Virus record (IMG/VR): IMGVR_UViG_3300035698_006348
Coordinates: 22,464-86,463 of that record
Reading direction: 5' to 3' (one strand)
Source of the DNA: a virus
Length of the DNA stretch: 64,000 nucleotides
This document shows positions 46,182 to 56,648 of this stretch, one piece after another. Position 1 is the first letter of the stretch. Each line of letters starts with the position of its first letter. Under the pieces are notes generated by a model, which saw only the letters and a program-made list of their open reading frames with translations, made no database searches and had not been told where the DNA came from. Both the position numbers and the translations under genes were made by a program.

Positions 46182-47495
46182 ATGCCTAGTTATGAAGAGG
46201 AAATACGCCAAATAATTCGTGAATATTTAACTACTTATCAGGTAGAGGATGCTTCTGGTGAAGGGCAAACAAAAGAACAAATAATAGTCTTTGTTAGAGA
46301 TTTGATAGAACGCAATGAAGAATCAATAATAAGATATAAAGATTTACTTAGTAAAGTAAGAAGTACAAGCTTTGTAGAAATGGTAGAGAAGAGTGATGAT
46401 TTGGGTGGACAGATTAGAACAAGAATTGTCAACCAAATAATTGATAAACTTAAAGAATCCATTATTTACGATAGATCAGATTATATCTCTAGGGCTATAG
46501 AAGTATTTTCAAAACCTGAAATGGTTAGTATTGCTTTGGTTAGTATGAAAGTAAAGGTTTCAATACTAAAAAATGCTGAAAAAGTTGCTGGATTCTGGAA
46601 TGAATTAGAAGTAGCAATTAAAGCAGGTAGATCAACTTACCCAGGAAGTGGCAAACAATTATCAGGCCCAGTTGCCACTCTGATGTGGGCACTAAAGTTA
46701 TATGAACCAGCAGTAAATGGTAAGCCAATTTATAAAGTAAAATATTCAAAAGGGTCTGGTAAGTATGTAAGTGATGAAGAAGTTAGTGGTGATAAGTATC
46801 AAAAGTATATTACTATATATGAAAATTTTATGGGTGCTGCACTAAATGCTAATGGAGATAAATTTCCATTTTGGGCATTACTAGAGTATGGCAATACAAA
46901 TGTTATACTAGCTACTGATAAAGGTGGGTATGCCCATCCAAATATACAAGCCTCTCACTCACTACAAATGATAGAAAGTGAATTTACTACTTTACTTAAT
47001 AGCAAGCTTGATTCTTTAGAAAATGTAAACAGGGGCGATTACAATTATTGGATATCAGAAACAAGAAATACTGTAAAGAAATTACAGGAACTTCTTAAAA
47101 TACTAATTGATTTTACTGGGGATAAAGAACCAGAAGCACCAGCGTCTATTGAAGAAGCATTTGGCGAAGATACAAGATTATCTCTTGAACTAAATAGCCG
47201 TATTTCAAATAAAATGACTGAAGTTTATACAGATGGTGTTATGAAAGAGAAGGCAAAGATAAAAGCTAGATTACGGTATGAGAGGGTTGTTTTACAGATT
47301 ATAAATAATAGGTTACCAGAGAATAAACAAATATACTTAGGCATGTCCGGAACAAAGCAAGTAAGAGTTAGAACTGTTCAATTGAAGGCAGACATAAAAG
47401 AAGTCTATAATGATCTTAAAACAGAGGAAGTAAATTCTAGAAAAATAGAAAGTATTTTACAGGAATTAAAGATGAAGATTGTAAAATTAAGGTAA
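46182..47495 (+). CDS. large neck/tail-completion protein (HK97 gp10-like motif)
   Basis: PFWALLEYGN motif, position before tail terminator. Confidence 0.45.
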   Translation: MPSYEEEIRQIIREYLTTYQVEDASGEGQTKEQIIVFVRDLIERNEESIIRYKDLLSKVRSTSFVEMVEKSDDLGGQIRTRIVNQIIDKLKESIIYDRSDYISRAIEVFSKPEMVSIALVSMKVKVSILKNAEKVAGFWNELEVAIKAGRSTYPGSGKQLSGPVATLMWALKLYEPAVNGKPIYKVKYSKGSGKYVSDEEVSGDKYQKYITIYENFMGAALNANGDKFPFWALLEYGNTNVILATDKGGYAHPNIQASHSLQMIESEFTTLLNSKLDSLENVNRGDYNYWISETRNTVKKLQELLKILIDFTGDKEPEAPASIEEAFGEDTRLSLELNSRISNKMTEVYTDGVMKEKAKIKARLRYERVVLQIINNRLPENKQIYLGMSGTKQVRVRTVQLKADIKEVYNDLKTEEVNSRKIESILQELKMKIVKLR

Positions 47496-47505
47496 AAATA
47501 AGGCT

Positions 47506-47955
47506 ATGGATATAGAGACTAAAAAAGATAAATCAATTTATTACTGGATGGTAGACTTATTCTCAGACGCTAGTTTTATAACTATTACAGAAGAGTTTCC
47601 AACGAGTGAGCTAGAGCTTCCTACTATAGCTATAACAGGTGACGATATATCTGCATTTGTATTTGAGTTAGGAAACAGGCAGCGTGAAACAGAACGTATT
47701 TGGTTTGTAGAAATATTTGCAAATACAAACATTCAAAGAGATGAATTCGCATTTAGAATTATGCGAGCCTTATATTCAAATATCAATGTATATGATTATG
47801 ATGAAGGATTCCCGCCAACAGTTTCCCCGACAAAATTAGGGGCATTACAAATTGGCGATATAAACATAAAGTTTATTCGGGTATTACCTGAATTAACGGA
47901 AAGGTTGCATTATAGAAGTGTTGTCACGTTTTCTGCAACTTACAATTCTATTTAG
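47506..47955 (+). CDS. tail terminator protein
   Basis: 149 aa directly before tail tube; LPTIAI...VEIFA....RDE pattern. Confidence 0.6.
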   Translation: MDIETKKDKSIYYWMVDLFSDASFITITEEFPTSELELPTIAITGDDISAFVFELGNRQRETERIWFVEIFANTNIQRDEFAFRIMRALYSNINVYDYDEGFPPTVSPTKLGALQIGDINIKFIRVLPELTERLHYRSVVTFSATYNSI

Positions 47956-47970
47956 GAGGTTACTATATAA

Positions 47971-49155
47971 ATGGCACGTTTATCAATTCCATCAAAAGAA
48001 CTACAGCTAATGATCGTTGGTTCTATTGATTCATTCAAAGCTTCACGTATTCAGCGTCTTTCACTTAACACTGATGTACCAAGTACCACCATCGATGAGC
48101 TAGGTAATTCTACCCATGTAGGCGATGTAAAAGACATTCCCAATGTAACACTAACATTTAGTGCAATGGATGTGGGAGTCAAAGTCTTTTCAGCACTTAC
48201 TGGGACAGATTCAACAGCTTATCCTGGTGCTGGTGTTGATATTTCAGAACTAGGTGAAATGGATGCAATCATCTATGTCAAAAGTTCAACAGTAGAAGAT
48301 TATGTAAAATCTGCTCATGCTCGTAAACTACAAGTCAGAGATTTTGCTTTCAATTATTCTATTGATGGTGAATCAACAGAAGATTATACAGCAGTTGGCT
48401 CTGAAAAACGTTGGTTTACTAATGATGTGTATACAGAAACACAGACTGTTGGTACTACATCCTTTACTTTAACTGAGACTCCAATTGTCCTTAAAAACGG
48501 TAATTATGCTTTATCAGTTATTTTAGATGGTACATATTTAGATGAAGTATCAGTTGCACCAGCTACTGGAGAATATCGGATTGTTGGAGACACTCTTACT
48601 ACATTTGATTCAATGTCAGCTACAATAGTTTTGGTATACCAGGCTGCTCCATCAGGAACTAACTGGGCAGATGTATCAGATACAGCTTCAGCTATTGCAA
48701 TCAGAGGTATGGATGCTCCTGTAGAAATTGCTGCTAATTCAATTCCTCGTATACAAACTTTGACTATCAACGGGACATTGAATTCTGAGGGAGTAAAAGA
48801 ACTCGGTAATAGACAGATGGTAGGCTATCAGACACAGGTTCCAGAAGTTACGGGAACAATTACTGTGTTAGATACAGATACTGAGCTACTTAGCCTATTA
48901 CAATATGGTGTTACTTCCTCTGGTACTGAATATAGTCCAGGAGAAGGTTGTGCTACAACTGGAATCACATTACTTGTTGAATTGCAAGATCCATGTGATG
49001 CAGTCTCACCTTATGATGTTCTAAAGAGTGTATATCTTGACTCTGTAACAATCGTTGGAGATTCATATACATCTAATGTTAATCAAAATGCTACACAGAC
49101 ATTCAATTTCAAATCAACGACAGGGGCTTGTGTTGTATATAGTGGAGCAATATAA
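47971..49155 (+). CDS. major tail (tube) protein with internally duplicated tube domain
   Basis: AGGAGG RBS; RIQRLSL...ELGN...VG....PNVT repeated as RIQTLTI...ELGN...VG....PEVT. Confidence 0.75.
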   Translation: MARLSIPSKELQLMIVGSIDSFKASRIQRLSLNTDVPSTTIDELGNSTHVGDVKDIPNVTLTFSAMDVGVKVFSALTGTDSTAYPGAGVDISELGEMDAIIYVKSSTVEDYVKSAHARKLQVRDFAFNYSIDGESTEDYTAVGSEKRWFTNDVYTETQTVGTTSFTLTETPIVLKNGNYALSVILDGTYLDEVSVAPATGEYRIVGDTLTTFDSMSATIVLVYQAAPSGTNWADVSDTASAIAIRGMDAPVEIAANSIPRIQTLTINGTLNSEGVKELGNRQMVGYQTQVPEVTGTITVLDTDTELLSLLQYGVTSSGTEYSPGEGCATTGITLLVELQDPCDAVSPYDVLKSVYLDSVTIVGDSYTSNVNQNATQTFNFKSTTGACVVYSGAI

Positions 49156-49178
49156 ATTATAGTTTATAGGAGTTTGAT

Positions 49179-49697
49179 ATGGGTAGGAAAAAAAGCACAG
49201 TAGATTTTTATTCAGTGAAGACTGAATGTGCTTGTGGCTGTGGTGGAATTATAATGAATCCAGACGATCACTACAGATGGCGTAAGTTTTTACCTAACCA
49301 TGCTAATACTAATGGTACGCATCCGCAAATTGGACGAACAGAACCAGACATAAATGTAGAGAGGAGATTGGATTCCCTTTTGAAAACACTTAGGAAAAAG
49401 GGTCCAACCTGTTTAGAAAGGGATTTATTCCTATATTTAGATACTAAAGGTATCGAGTATGTTCAACAGAAAAGAATAAAACGGACAATTGCGGATGCGT
49501 ATGTACCAAAATATGAGTTAGTAGTATTTGCTGATGGTGCTTATTGGCATGACATGGAACAAAACAAAGAAAAAGATATACGGCATAATAAAATGCTAGA
49601 AGATATGGGTTACACAGTTATAAGGTTACGGTCCACAAATCATGGAAAGGCTCTAGATTTTACTAATTTGGAGCGGTTTCTAGACAAATATGCGTAG
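49179..49697 (+). CDS. free-standing Vsr/DUF559-like endonuclease (probable homing endonuclease)
   Basis: N-terminal CACGCG; ADAY....LVVFADGAYWH...DIRHN..L..MGYTVIRL. Confidence 0.75.
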   Translation: MGRKKSTVDFYSVKTECACGCGGIIMNPDDHYRWRKFLPNHANTNGTHPQIGRTEPDINVERRLDSLLKTLRKKGPTCLERDLFLYLDTKGIEYVQQKRIKRTIADAYVPKYELVVFADGAYWHDMEQNKEKDIRHNKMLEDMGYTVIRLRSTNHGKALDFTNLERFLDKYA

Positions 49698-49722
49698 TCA
49701 TATGCTAAAGGAGCTTTCTAAT

Positions 49723-49769
49723 GGGACTTAACCACTAATATACTATATTAATGGTTAAGTCCCTTTTTT
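49723..49769 (+). terminator. intrinsic terminator
   Basis: GGGACTTAACCA/TGGTTAAGTCCC stem followed by TTTTTT. Confidence 0.8.
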
Positions 49770-49799
49770 ATTATATACATAGGAAAGGAAGAGAGAATT

Positions 49800-50510
49800 A
49801 TGAATCCAGAAAGAAACGATATTGATGTATCAGCACTATTCGCTTGGGGTAACACCTTTAAAATAGTCGATGGAAATAGTAAAGTTATTATTGAATACTA
49901 TATGAGACTTCCCTCAGATGGTGAGTTAAATAGAGCTAGAGTATATGCACTAAGAAAGAGTGCTGCTCTTCGTAAGTTATTGAGTGACCCAACTTCTGAA
50001 CAACGGGAAGCTTTTGTTGCTGATGAGGTTATTGTAAGTAAAGATAATCTTATTGGATATATCCTAAATTTAGATTCTAGAGATGTATTTGTTGATGCTG
50101 CAAAAGAAGTAAAATTACCATTTCCAAAAGAACCAAAATCTGATGCATCCTTAGAAGTACAAGAAAAGTATCAAGAAGAGATTGATACCTTCGATGATAG
50201 ACTTAGTGCTTTAGTTAAAGAAAGAGTAATGAAAGTTTTTGAAGATAAAAAAGTAGCTTTGGAGATTAGAACAAAAGAAGATTTATTTGAATCTTATGTA
50301 CAAACTGTAATTAAATCAATGTGTGAAGAGGAATTATCATCTCAATTTAAACAGGCTAGTATATATTATAGTTCATTTTTTAATGACGATTGTAAACTAA
50401 AATTATTCAAATCTATAGATGATGTAGTTAAATTACCATCTTATGTTATTGAACAGTTTATTAGTAACTATAACAGCCTTGACATTGAGATTTCAAACCT
50501 AAAAAAATAG
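49800..50510 (+). CDS. tail assembly chaperone (gpG-like)
   Basis: Position between tail tube and tape measure; ends CTA AAA AAA TAG slippery site. Confidence 0.7.
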   Translation: MNPERNDIDVSALFAWGNTFKIVDGNSKVIIEYYMRLPSDGELNRARVYALRKSAALRKLLSDPTSEQREAFVADEVIVSKDNLIGYILNLDSRDVFVDAAKEVKLPFPKEPKSDASLEVQEKYQEEIDTFDDRLSALVKERVMKVFEDKKVALEIRTKEDLFESYVQTVIKSMCEEELSSQFKQASIYYSSFFNDDCKLKLFKSIDDVVKLPSYVIEQFISNYNSLDIEISNLKK

Positions 50511-50797
50511 CTCGTAGCAATGCCATAGCTGGAACTTGGCAGATAACAAAGGCATTGCGGATACCCCTAGACCAAAAACTACAGGATACAAATTACACAC
50601 CATATACAATATCCTATGTAATACGTAAACGTTTACAGATAGATGGGTACAACGAGCTTCCGAAAGATAAACGACCACCAAATGAAATGATATGGGATGG
50701 TTCTCCAGAAGAGTTAGATGATTGGATGGATACGGTATTTGATAGAAATAAATCCCAAACAGTGGAGTTTGATATATCAGAAGATGAGATAGGATAA
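50501..50797 (+). CDS. tail assembly chaperone frameshift extension (gpGT-like, -1 frame)
   Basis: A AAA AAA heptamer at 50501-50507; -1 frame stays open to 50797. Confidence 0.7.
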   Translation, partial: KKIARSNAIAGTWQITKALRIPLDQKLQDTNYTPYTISYVIRKRLQIDGYNELPKDKRPPNEMIWDGSPEELDDWMDTVFDRNKSQTVEFDISEDEIG

Positions 50798-50798
50798 T

Positions 50799-53700
50799 AT
50801 GGCAAATATTAACAGTAAAGCACAAGAAATTGAAAATAGAATAATAAGTATGATCCTCGATAGAATAAATGTAAATATTGAGGCAAGGCTTGCTAAGGGT
50901 GGGGATGATGTAGTCATTGATATGGGCAAAGTAAATAGGGCTGTCCAAAAATTAATTAATGACAAGCTAATGCCAGAAAAACTTCTTATAGGAACTTCTG
51001 CTGGAGGGGCTGGTATACAAGTTCGTACAGGAGAATTTGTAAAAGAGTTTCAGAAGCTTGTTACCAATATGCAAACAAAGGTAATAACTGACCTAGAAAA
51101 AGCTACTAGTGCTACATCCTTTATGAATGCAGAGGGGGATAAGATACAGTCTGGTGAAAATAGGAGTTTAGGTACAGGTGGAAGTAGTACCAACTCAGCG
51201 GCTGCTGCAAATATACATAATATGCAGGTAATTCTGAATAAATTCCCACAGGCTTTTGCTAAAATAGAAACAATGCTTAAAGGCTCTGGTGGTTTTGACC
51301 AATCAAAAGTAGAGGTTAGTTCAAAGACTTCTTTAGGAGAATTAGGCACAAGTTTTACTACAATCAAAGCAAAAGCAATTGATGCTGGAAAAAGTATCAG
51401 AGAACTAACTCTTGTTATCGATGAAACTGGCAAAGTGTCAGAGGGTGCTGCTTATAAAGAGAAAAAAGCCATAGAAAAGCGTGCAACTAATGAACAAGTT
51501 CGTGATGCTGCAAGAGCAAAAAGAGCTATAAAAGATGCAGATGCTGAACGTCAAAAGATGGCTCTCTCATTTAAAGAGGATATAAAGACTTTACGTACAG
51601 ATTTTCCAAAAGCTTTTGAAGCTATTTATAAAGCAGACCCACAGATGTTTGCTAATCAGGGAACTGCTAGTGTTAAAACAACTACTGATTCCTCTACTGG
51701 CATTACAAAAATAGCTGCTGCTTATGATGATGCTCATGGCTCAGTGAGACAAGTAAACGTAGCAATGGATCGTACTGGAACTATCTTACGTGATACATCA
51801 AGGCGGTTTGCCACCTTTACTAGTTCCCTTCGTAGAAATATGGGAGAATTCTTCAAGTGGTCTTTAGCTATTGCTCTTGTATATGGGCCATTAAGTAAGT
51901 TACAGGAATTAGTAGAAGTTGCTGTTAAAAACCAATCTGCATTAGCTGATGTTGCTGTAACTTTAGGAAAGAGCACAGAGTCCCTGAATAGCATATTTAG
52001 TGAGGCTGCTGATATAGCAGATGAGACAGCTTCCTCTGTGAATTCCGTTTTGGAAAGTTATGACCTAGCTTTTAGAGCCACAGCAGGGCTAACAGATGAA
52101 ACAGAGAGGTTTGCCGCTGCAAATACTTTATTGAAAGATTCAATTATTTTATCTAAACTGACTGGAATGGAACAAGCAGAAGCAACAGATACACTTGCTG
52201 CTGCATTACGTCAGGCTGGATTAGAATTGGATAAGGGCTCTGATTTACTAGACACTTGGGTGAAAGTCTCAAGAATTGCTAATGTAGATGTTGAAACACT
52301 AGCAACTACATTTGGTATGGTTGGAGATGCAGCTAAAAATGCTGGGCTAGATATCAATGAATTGAATGGGCTCATTGCTGTTGTTGCTGCTACTGGTATT
52401 ACTTCAGCTAAAGAAACAGGTACTGCTGTTAGAGCACTGGTTTCTGGTTATACAACAACTGCTGCTGTAAAAGAACTTCGTCAGTTTGGTATTAGTATAA
52501 AAAATGCTGAGGGAGATGCCCTTGGATTTAATGAGGTTATGACTACAGTTAGACAGTCTTTTGAGAAGGGACTGATATCAACACCACAATTAAATACTAT
52601 TGGTTATGCAATTGGTGGTGGAAGTAGACGGGCTGCTCAAGCTGTAACTGTTATAGCAAATCAAGAAGAGGCTCTCCGTGTTGCAGCAGAGTCAATGAAT
52701 GCTTATGGTGAGGCAGCTAAAGCTGTTGATATAAAATTAGGTACTGTGGAGTCAAAAACAACCAAGTTAGGTAATGCTTTTCAATATGTTGCTCAAATGC
52801 TTGGAACAAAGGGTGGCGTACTAGACTCATTTGGTATGTTACTAGACCTAATGACTAAAATTGTTAATGCTACTGGTTCTTTTACTGGGACTTTAGGATC
52901 AGCTGCCCCTGTACTTGCTGGACTCGGTATAATGAATATGGCCACGTCTAGTTCACAGCGAGCTGGAGCATTACAGGGTGGTCTTACTTGGGCAATGGGG
53001 AAAGTAAACCAAAATAAATATAAATCAGAAGCCTCAGCTTTGACTGATAATCAGTTACTTAAATATAGTGGGATGGGACTAAGTACAAGTGAATCTCGTA
53101 CTGCCTACGGAATAGATAAGACAAATCAAGCAGGAAAAGCTGCTTATGATAAGATATCCCCCTATGCTGGTGGTATAATGGCAACAGCCTTTATGACTGG
53201 TATTGAAGCGTCAAAAGGAGATTTTGCTGGTGCTGGTGTTATTATGGGTGTTGGTATCCTTAGTACAATTAAAGGTGGTAATATTGGAGGTACGATAGGG
53301 GCAACAATAGCTTCTGCTATCGTTAGTGGTATATATGAATATTCAAAGTCAGTAAAAGAATCTCCATTTTCATTTAATATACCAAAAGCAGAGGTAGTTG
53401 ATAGCACTAAAGCAGAATTTTCTGGGGAGTCTGCACAAGACAGGCTAATGAAAATGGCAGGTGGTCCAATTCTGCCTTGGATTATAAAAACAATTGATAG
53501 TATGAGTAAACCATTTACAGCAGATGATAAACAAGCTAATTTAACAGATGCGGATGCAGCTTTAATTGCTGCTTCGCTGTTAAATGTACGTGATGAATCT
53601 CTTGGGATTGATAATACAGCTGTACTCTCAGAACTCAGAGATATAATATCTGGTAGAGATGCAGAAATGGGGAATAACTACGGAGAAACAACAGCCTTTG

Positions 53701-55304
53701 GACGGGCAATGACTGTACCAAAAGGAATAGATGAACTTGAAAATACAATTATAGATGATTTACGTGACCAGCTTTATAATTTATCTGGGGCAGAAATGTC
53801 ATCAGCAGAGTTTTTACGAAAACGTGGTAAAGCAGAAACACTTGGTGGGTCTATTCCACAATTACTTCCAGCCCTTACTGGTAATTTTGGTCCAGGTGGT
53901 GCTAGAATGGGTGAAGAAGAGGCACAGAGAAAATTAGCTAACATTCTTGTTGAGGGATCAACAGACCAAATTGATATGGTGAATTCTATAAATGCTTCTA
54001 TAGCTCAGCTTGGAAATTTACTGGATATAAATAAAAATCGTGGTGGATCTATTACTATTGGAGATAAAGAGTATTCAGTAGATGAAGCAACTGCAAAATT
54101 GGGAACCTACTTAGATGATTTTGCAGAGATTGTAAATGTAATTGACGAACAACTAAAGCTAAGTGCTGCTAAAATACCTACAACAATGTCCCTTGATTTT
54201 GTAAATGAGACTGATATTGAAACAGTAAGGCAAGCAGCAATAGACTCCCAAACCACTTTTTATGAGAAACTATTTGAAGACGAAAAACCAGATGAGGCTA
54301 ATAAGCAAAAAGTATTAGATGCCGCTCAAGAGTTTTATGTAAAATTCGGTGAAGAGCTTTTGTTAGTAAGTGGTGCAGACCCAACAGTATTCCAAAATAT
54401 GTTTAATAAGTATGCTGAAGATAATTTAATAGACATTGGTAAGACAGATAATCTTGGTATACGTTCTATGGATGTATTACCAGAACAAACTGGTGAACTG
54501 TTTGCTCAGTATAATAAACTACTTGCAGAGGCTGAACGAGTTTCTGGTGGTAGATATAAAGAAAATAAAGAAGAGTCTGTTGTTATTCTTGGTGATAAAA
54601 CAATGGATATCTGGGAAGCTGATTGGACTTTATTGATGTTAGCTATGGAAGAAATCATTGATCTTGAAAGAAAACAGGTGGAAGGTATATATAACTTACC
54701 ATCAGATGGTACATTCTTTGTTCCTTGGCAAGCAGCAGCTATACGCCCAACTGGTGGTTCTACAAGCATTACAAACAATACAACAAACAATACTGATAGC
54801 TTAGTAAATGATGCAACTACGAGTGGTTATACTGATCCTGGGGATGTTTTCTCTAGGGAAGCTGGTATACCTTCAAAAGTAGCAAAAGTTATAATAGACA
54901 AAGCCCTTGGTATAACACAACAAAGTTTAAATGGCTCTGCTGGTGATTTCTCTGGTGGCATAAGTGGTGGAGAAGATTTAAGAAAGCAATTTGAAGGGCA
55001 TGATCTTAGAAAGCCATTCACTGGACATAACCTAAGAAAACCATTTACTGGGCATGACATAGGTGGATTTACTGGTAGAAATCAGAGTGAGGATGTAAAT
55101 CAGGGATCAGTCCTCTCTATGCTAAAAGAAATGGCTACTTCAAATAAAGAGTTTGCAACAAAGCTAAACTTAAACGTAGATACTACAATTAGAGTTATGC
55201 TAGATGGCAGAGTTGTAGCAAATGCTGTAAAGCAATACCTATATAAAGATTTGATAAGGGCTTCTCGTTCAGGTAGTAATGTTTCAAGGAATTTGGTGAT
55301 ATAA
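50799..55304 (+). CDS. tail tape measure protein
   Basis: 1501 aa, Ala/Gly-rich helical, TP901-like core (G....E..GLIAVV..T...A.E.GTA.R). Confidence 0.9.
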   Translation: MANINSKAQEIENRIISMILDRINVNIEARLAKGGDDVVIDMGKVNRAVQKLINDKLMPEKLLIGTSAGGAGIQVRTGEFVKEFQKLVTNMQTKVITDLEKATSATSFMNAEGDKIQSGENRSLGTGGSSTNSAAAANIHNMQVILNKFPQAFAKIETMLKGSGGFDQSKVEVSSKTSLGELGTSFTTIKAKAIDAGKSIRELTLVIDETGKVSEGAAYKEKKAIEKRATNEQVRDAARAKRAIKDADAERQKMALSFKEDIKTLRTDFPKAFEAIYKADPQMFANQGTASVKTTTDSSTGITKIAAAYDDAHGSVRQVNVAMDRTGTILRDTSRRFATFTSSLRRNMGEFFKWSLAIALVYGPLSKLQELVEVAVKNQSALADVAVTLGKSTESLNSIFSEAADIADETASSVNSVLESYDLAFRATAGLTDETERFAAANTLLKDSIILSKLTGMEQAEATDTLAAALRQAGLELDKGSDLLDTWVKVSRIANVDVETLATTFGMVGDAAKNAGLDINELNGLIAVVAATGITSAKETGTAVRALVSGYTTTAAVKELRQFGISIKNAEGDALGFNEVMTTVRQSFEKGLISTPQLNTIGYAIGGGSRRAAQAVTVIANQEEALRVAAESMNAYGEAAKAVDIKLGTVESKTTKLGNAFQYVAQMLGTKGGVLDSFGMLLDLMTKIVNATGSFTGTLGSAAPVLAGLGIMNMATSSSQRAGALQGGLTWAMGKVNQNKYKSEASALTDNQLLKYSGMGLSTSESRTAYGIDKTNQAGKAAYDKISPYAGGIMATAFMTGIEASKGDFAGAGVIMGVGILSTIKGGNIGGTIGATIASAIVSGIYEYSKSVKESPFSFNIPKAEVVDSTKAEFSGESAQDRLMKMAGGPILPWIIKTIDSMSKPFTADDKQANLTDADAALIAASLLNVRDESLGIDNTAVLSELRDIISGRDAEMGNNYGETTAFGRAMTVPKGIDELENTIIDDLRDQLYNLSGAEMSSAEFLRKRGKAETLGGSIPQLLPALTGNFGPGGARMGEEEAQRKLANILVEGSTDQIDMVNSINASIAQLGNLLDINKNRGGSITIGDKEYSVDEATAKLGTYLDDFAEIVNVIDEQLKLSAAKIPTTMSLDFVNETDIETVRQAAIDSQTTFYEKLFEDEKPDEANKQKVLDAAQEFYVKFGEELLLVSGADPTVFQNMFNKYAEDNLIDIGKTDNLGIRSMDVLPEQTGELFAQYNKLLAEAERVSGGRYKENKEESVVILGDKTMDIWEADWTLLMLAMEEIIDLERKQVEGIYNLPSDGTFFVPWQAAAIRPTGGSTSITNNTTNNTDSLVNDATTSGYTDPGDVFSREAGIPSKVAKVIIDKALGITQQSLNGSAGDFSGGISGGEDLRKQFEGHDLRKPFTGHNLRKPFTGHDIGGFTGRNQSEDVNQGSVLSMLKEMATSNKEFATKLNLNVDTTIRVMLDGRVVANAVKQYLYKDLIRASRSGSNVSRNLVI
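54975..55076 (+). repeat. 27-bp/9-aa tandem repeat in tape measure C-terminus
   Basis: DLRKQFEGH-DLRKPFTGH-NLRKPFTGH-DIGGFTG. Confidence 0.8.
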
Positions 55305-55661
55305 ATGTGGACATTAGATGGCACACGAATATATGTACAAGAGTTTCCTTCAGCTAATAATAGAATTATTGCTGAACTAAACCCTCTTAATGGTGGAACT
55401 ACTTACCAACTCTTCGGGTATAATAATGCCTCTTATAGACTAGGTGGAGTAGTTGTTGGAGAAACAGATGCTGCTGCATTAAAAGCACTAACACAAACTG
55501 GAACAACTTATTCTTTGGTAACTCCTTATGAGTCGCCTCTTACAGTATATGTTAAGTCTGTGAACTTAGCACCAAGATTTACAATTAGTCAAACACTGAG
55601 AACAGACTTAGATTGTGATTCTACTGTGTATGACTTTACCATAGAAATAGGGGAGTCGTAA
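55305..55661 (+). CDS. distal tail-like protein
   Basis: 118-aa beta-rich ORF immediately after TMP. Confidence 0.5.
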   Translation: MWTLDGTRIYVQEFPSANNRIIAELNPLNGGTTYQLFGYNNASYRLGGVVVGETDAAALKALTQTGTTYSLVTPYESPLTVYVKSVNLAPRFTISQTLRTDLDCDSTVYDFTIEIGES

Positions 55662-56648
55662 ATGGAGTTATATGGAACGGTAACAGGGGTAACAGAGTTC
55701 TCTAATATTACAGTAACTGACAGTCATTCAGCTACCACAGGTACCGCTGTGGTAGTCTGTACTGCTCATTCTTTAGGAATAGGTGATTGGATATCAATTG
55801 ATCTTGGGTATACAACAGACCATAGAACTATTTTTGGTGGCTATGTAAAACAAGTAGAACACAATATCCCAGATGATGAATATACAATAACAGCTAATGA
55901 TGCAGTAGTTAGAGCATTAGACTACTTTGTAGCACCAATAAATCCAAATGATACATTCTCTAGGACAAATATATCCGCTGAAGATTTGGTTACAGATGTA
56001 TTAGGTTTATCTGGTTTAACTAGCTTTGATACTCAAGAAACATTGTTTACACTAGCAGTAAATGGAACAACCGCAGAGGTGAAACTTGTATCTGCCTTTG
56101 ATTATTCAAAATCAATTGCAGACTTGGTTGCATGGAATATATGGGCAGATGAGGATGGTACAATTTATTTTAAAAATAGAAAACCATATGTTATGCTTGG
56201 TACTTCTGGTCAACCAGGAGATACAGCAGATGTTCCACTTAGTGGAGTAACTATAAATAGAGATAATAGTATGTCAATGGCATATACTATTAGTGAAGAA
56301 GATTTACGTAATCGTGTAATAGTTTGGGGAGCTTATGATATTTACGCATCAGCCTCAGCGGTATCTCCATATCTACCAACAGATTTTTATAAAACAATCG
56401 TATTTTCACATACTATTGTAGATACACAATCAATGGCAGAGGCTACAGCTTCTTATAACTTAGCATTATTCAATAGATTAAATAAGAATATTGCTGTATC
56501 TGTTATTGGAGATTCAATACTGAGAGCAAGAAAGGTTGTACATGTAACAGATGCTACTCTTGGATTGGATGATGACTGTTATATATATTCAGCACAACAT
56601 GAATTTGGTGCTGATGGTTACCGTACAAACATGCAATTGAGGATATAA
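55662..56648 (+). CDS. tail hub (Tal/gp27-like) protein
   Basis: IFGGYVKQV, WNIWADEDGTIYF, RNRVIVWG; position. Confidence 0.6.
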   Translation: MELYGTVTGVTEFSNITVTDSHSATTGTAVVVCTAHSLGIGDWISIDLGYTTDHRTIFGGYVKQVEHNIPDDEYTITANDAVVRALDYFVAPINPNDTFSRTNISAEDLVTDVLGLSGLTSFDTQETLFTLAVNGTTAEVKLVSAFDYSKSIADLVAWNIWADEDGTIYFKNRKPYVMLGTSGQPGDTADVPLSGVTINRDNSMSMAYTISEEDLRNRVIVWGAYDIYASASAVSPYLPTDFYKTIVFSHTIVDTQSMAEATASYNLALFNRLNKNIAVSVIGDSILRARKVVHVTDATLGLDDDCYIYSAQHEFGADGYRTNMQLRI

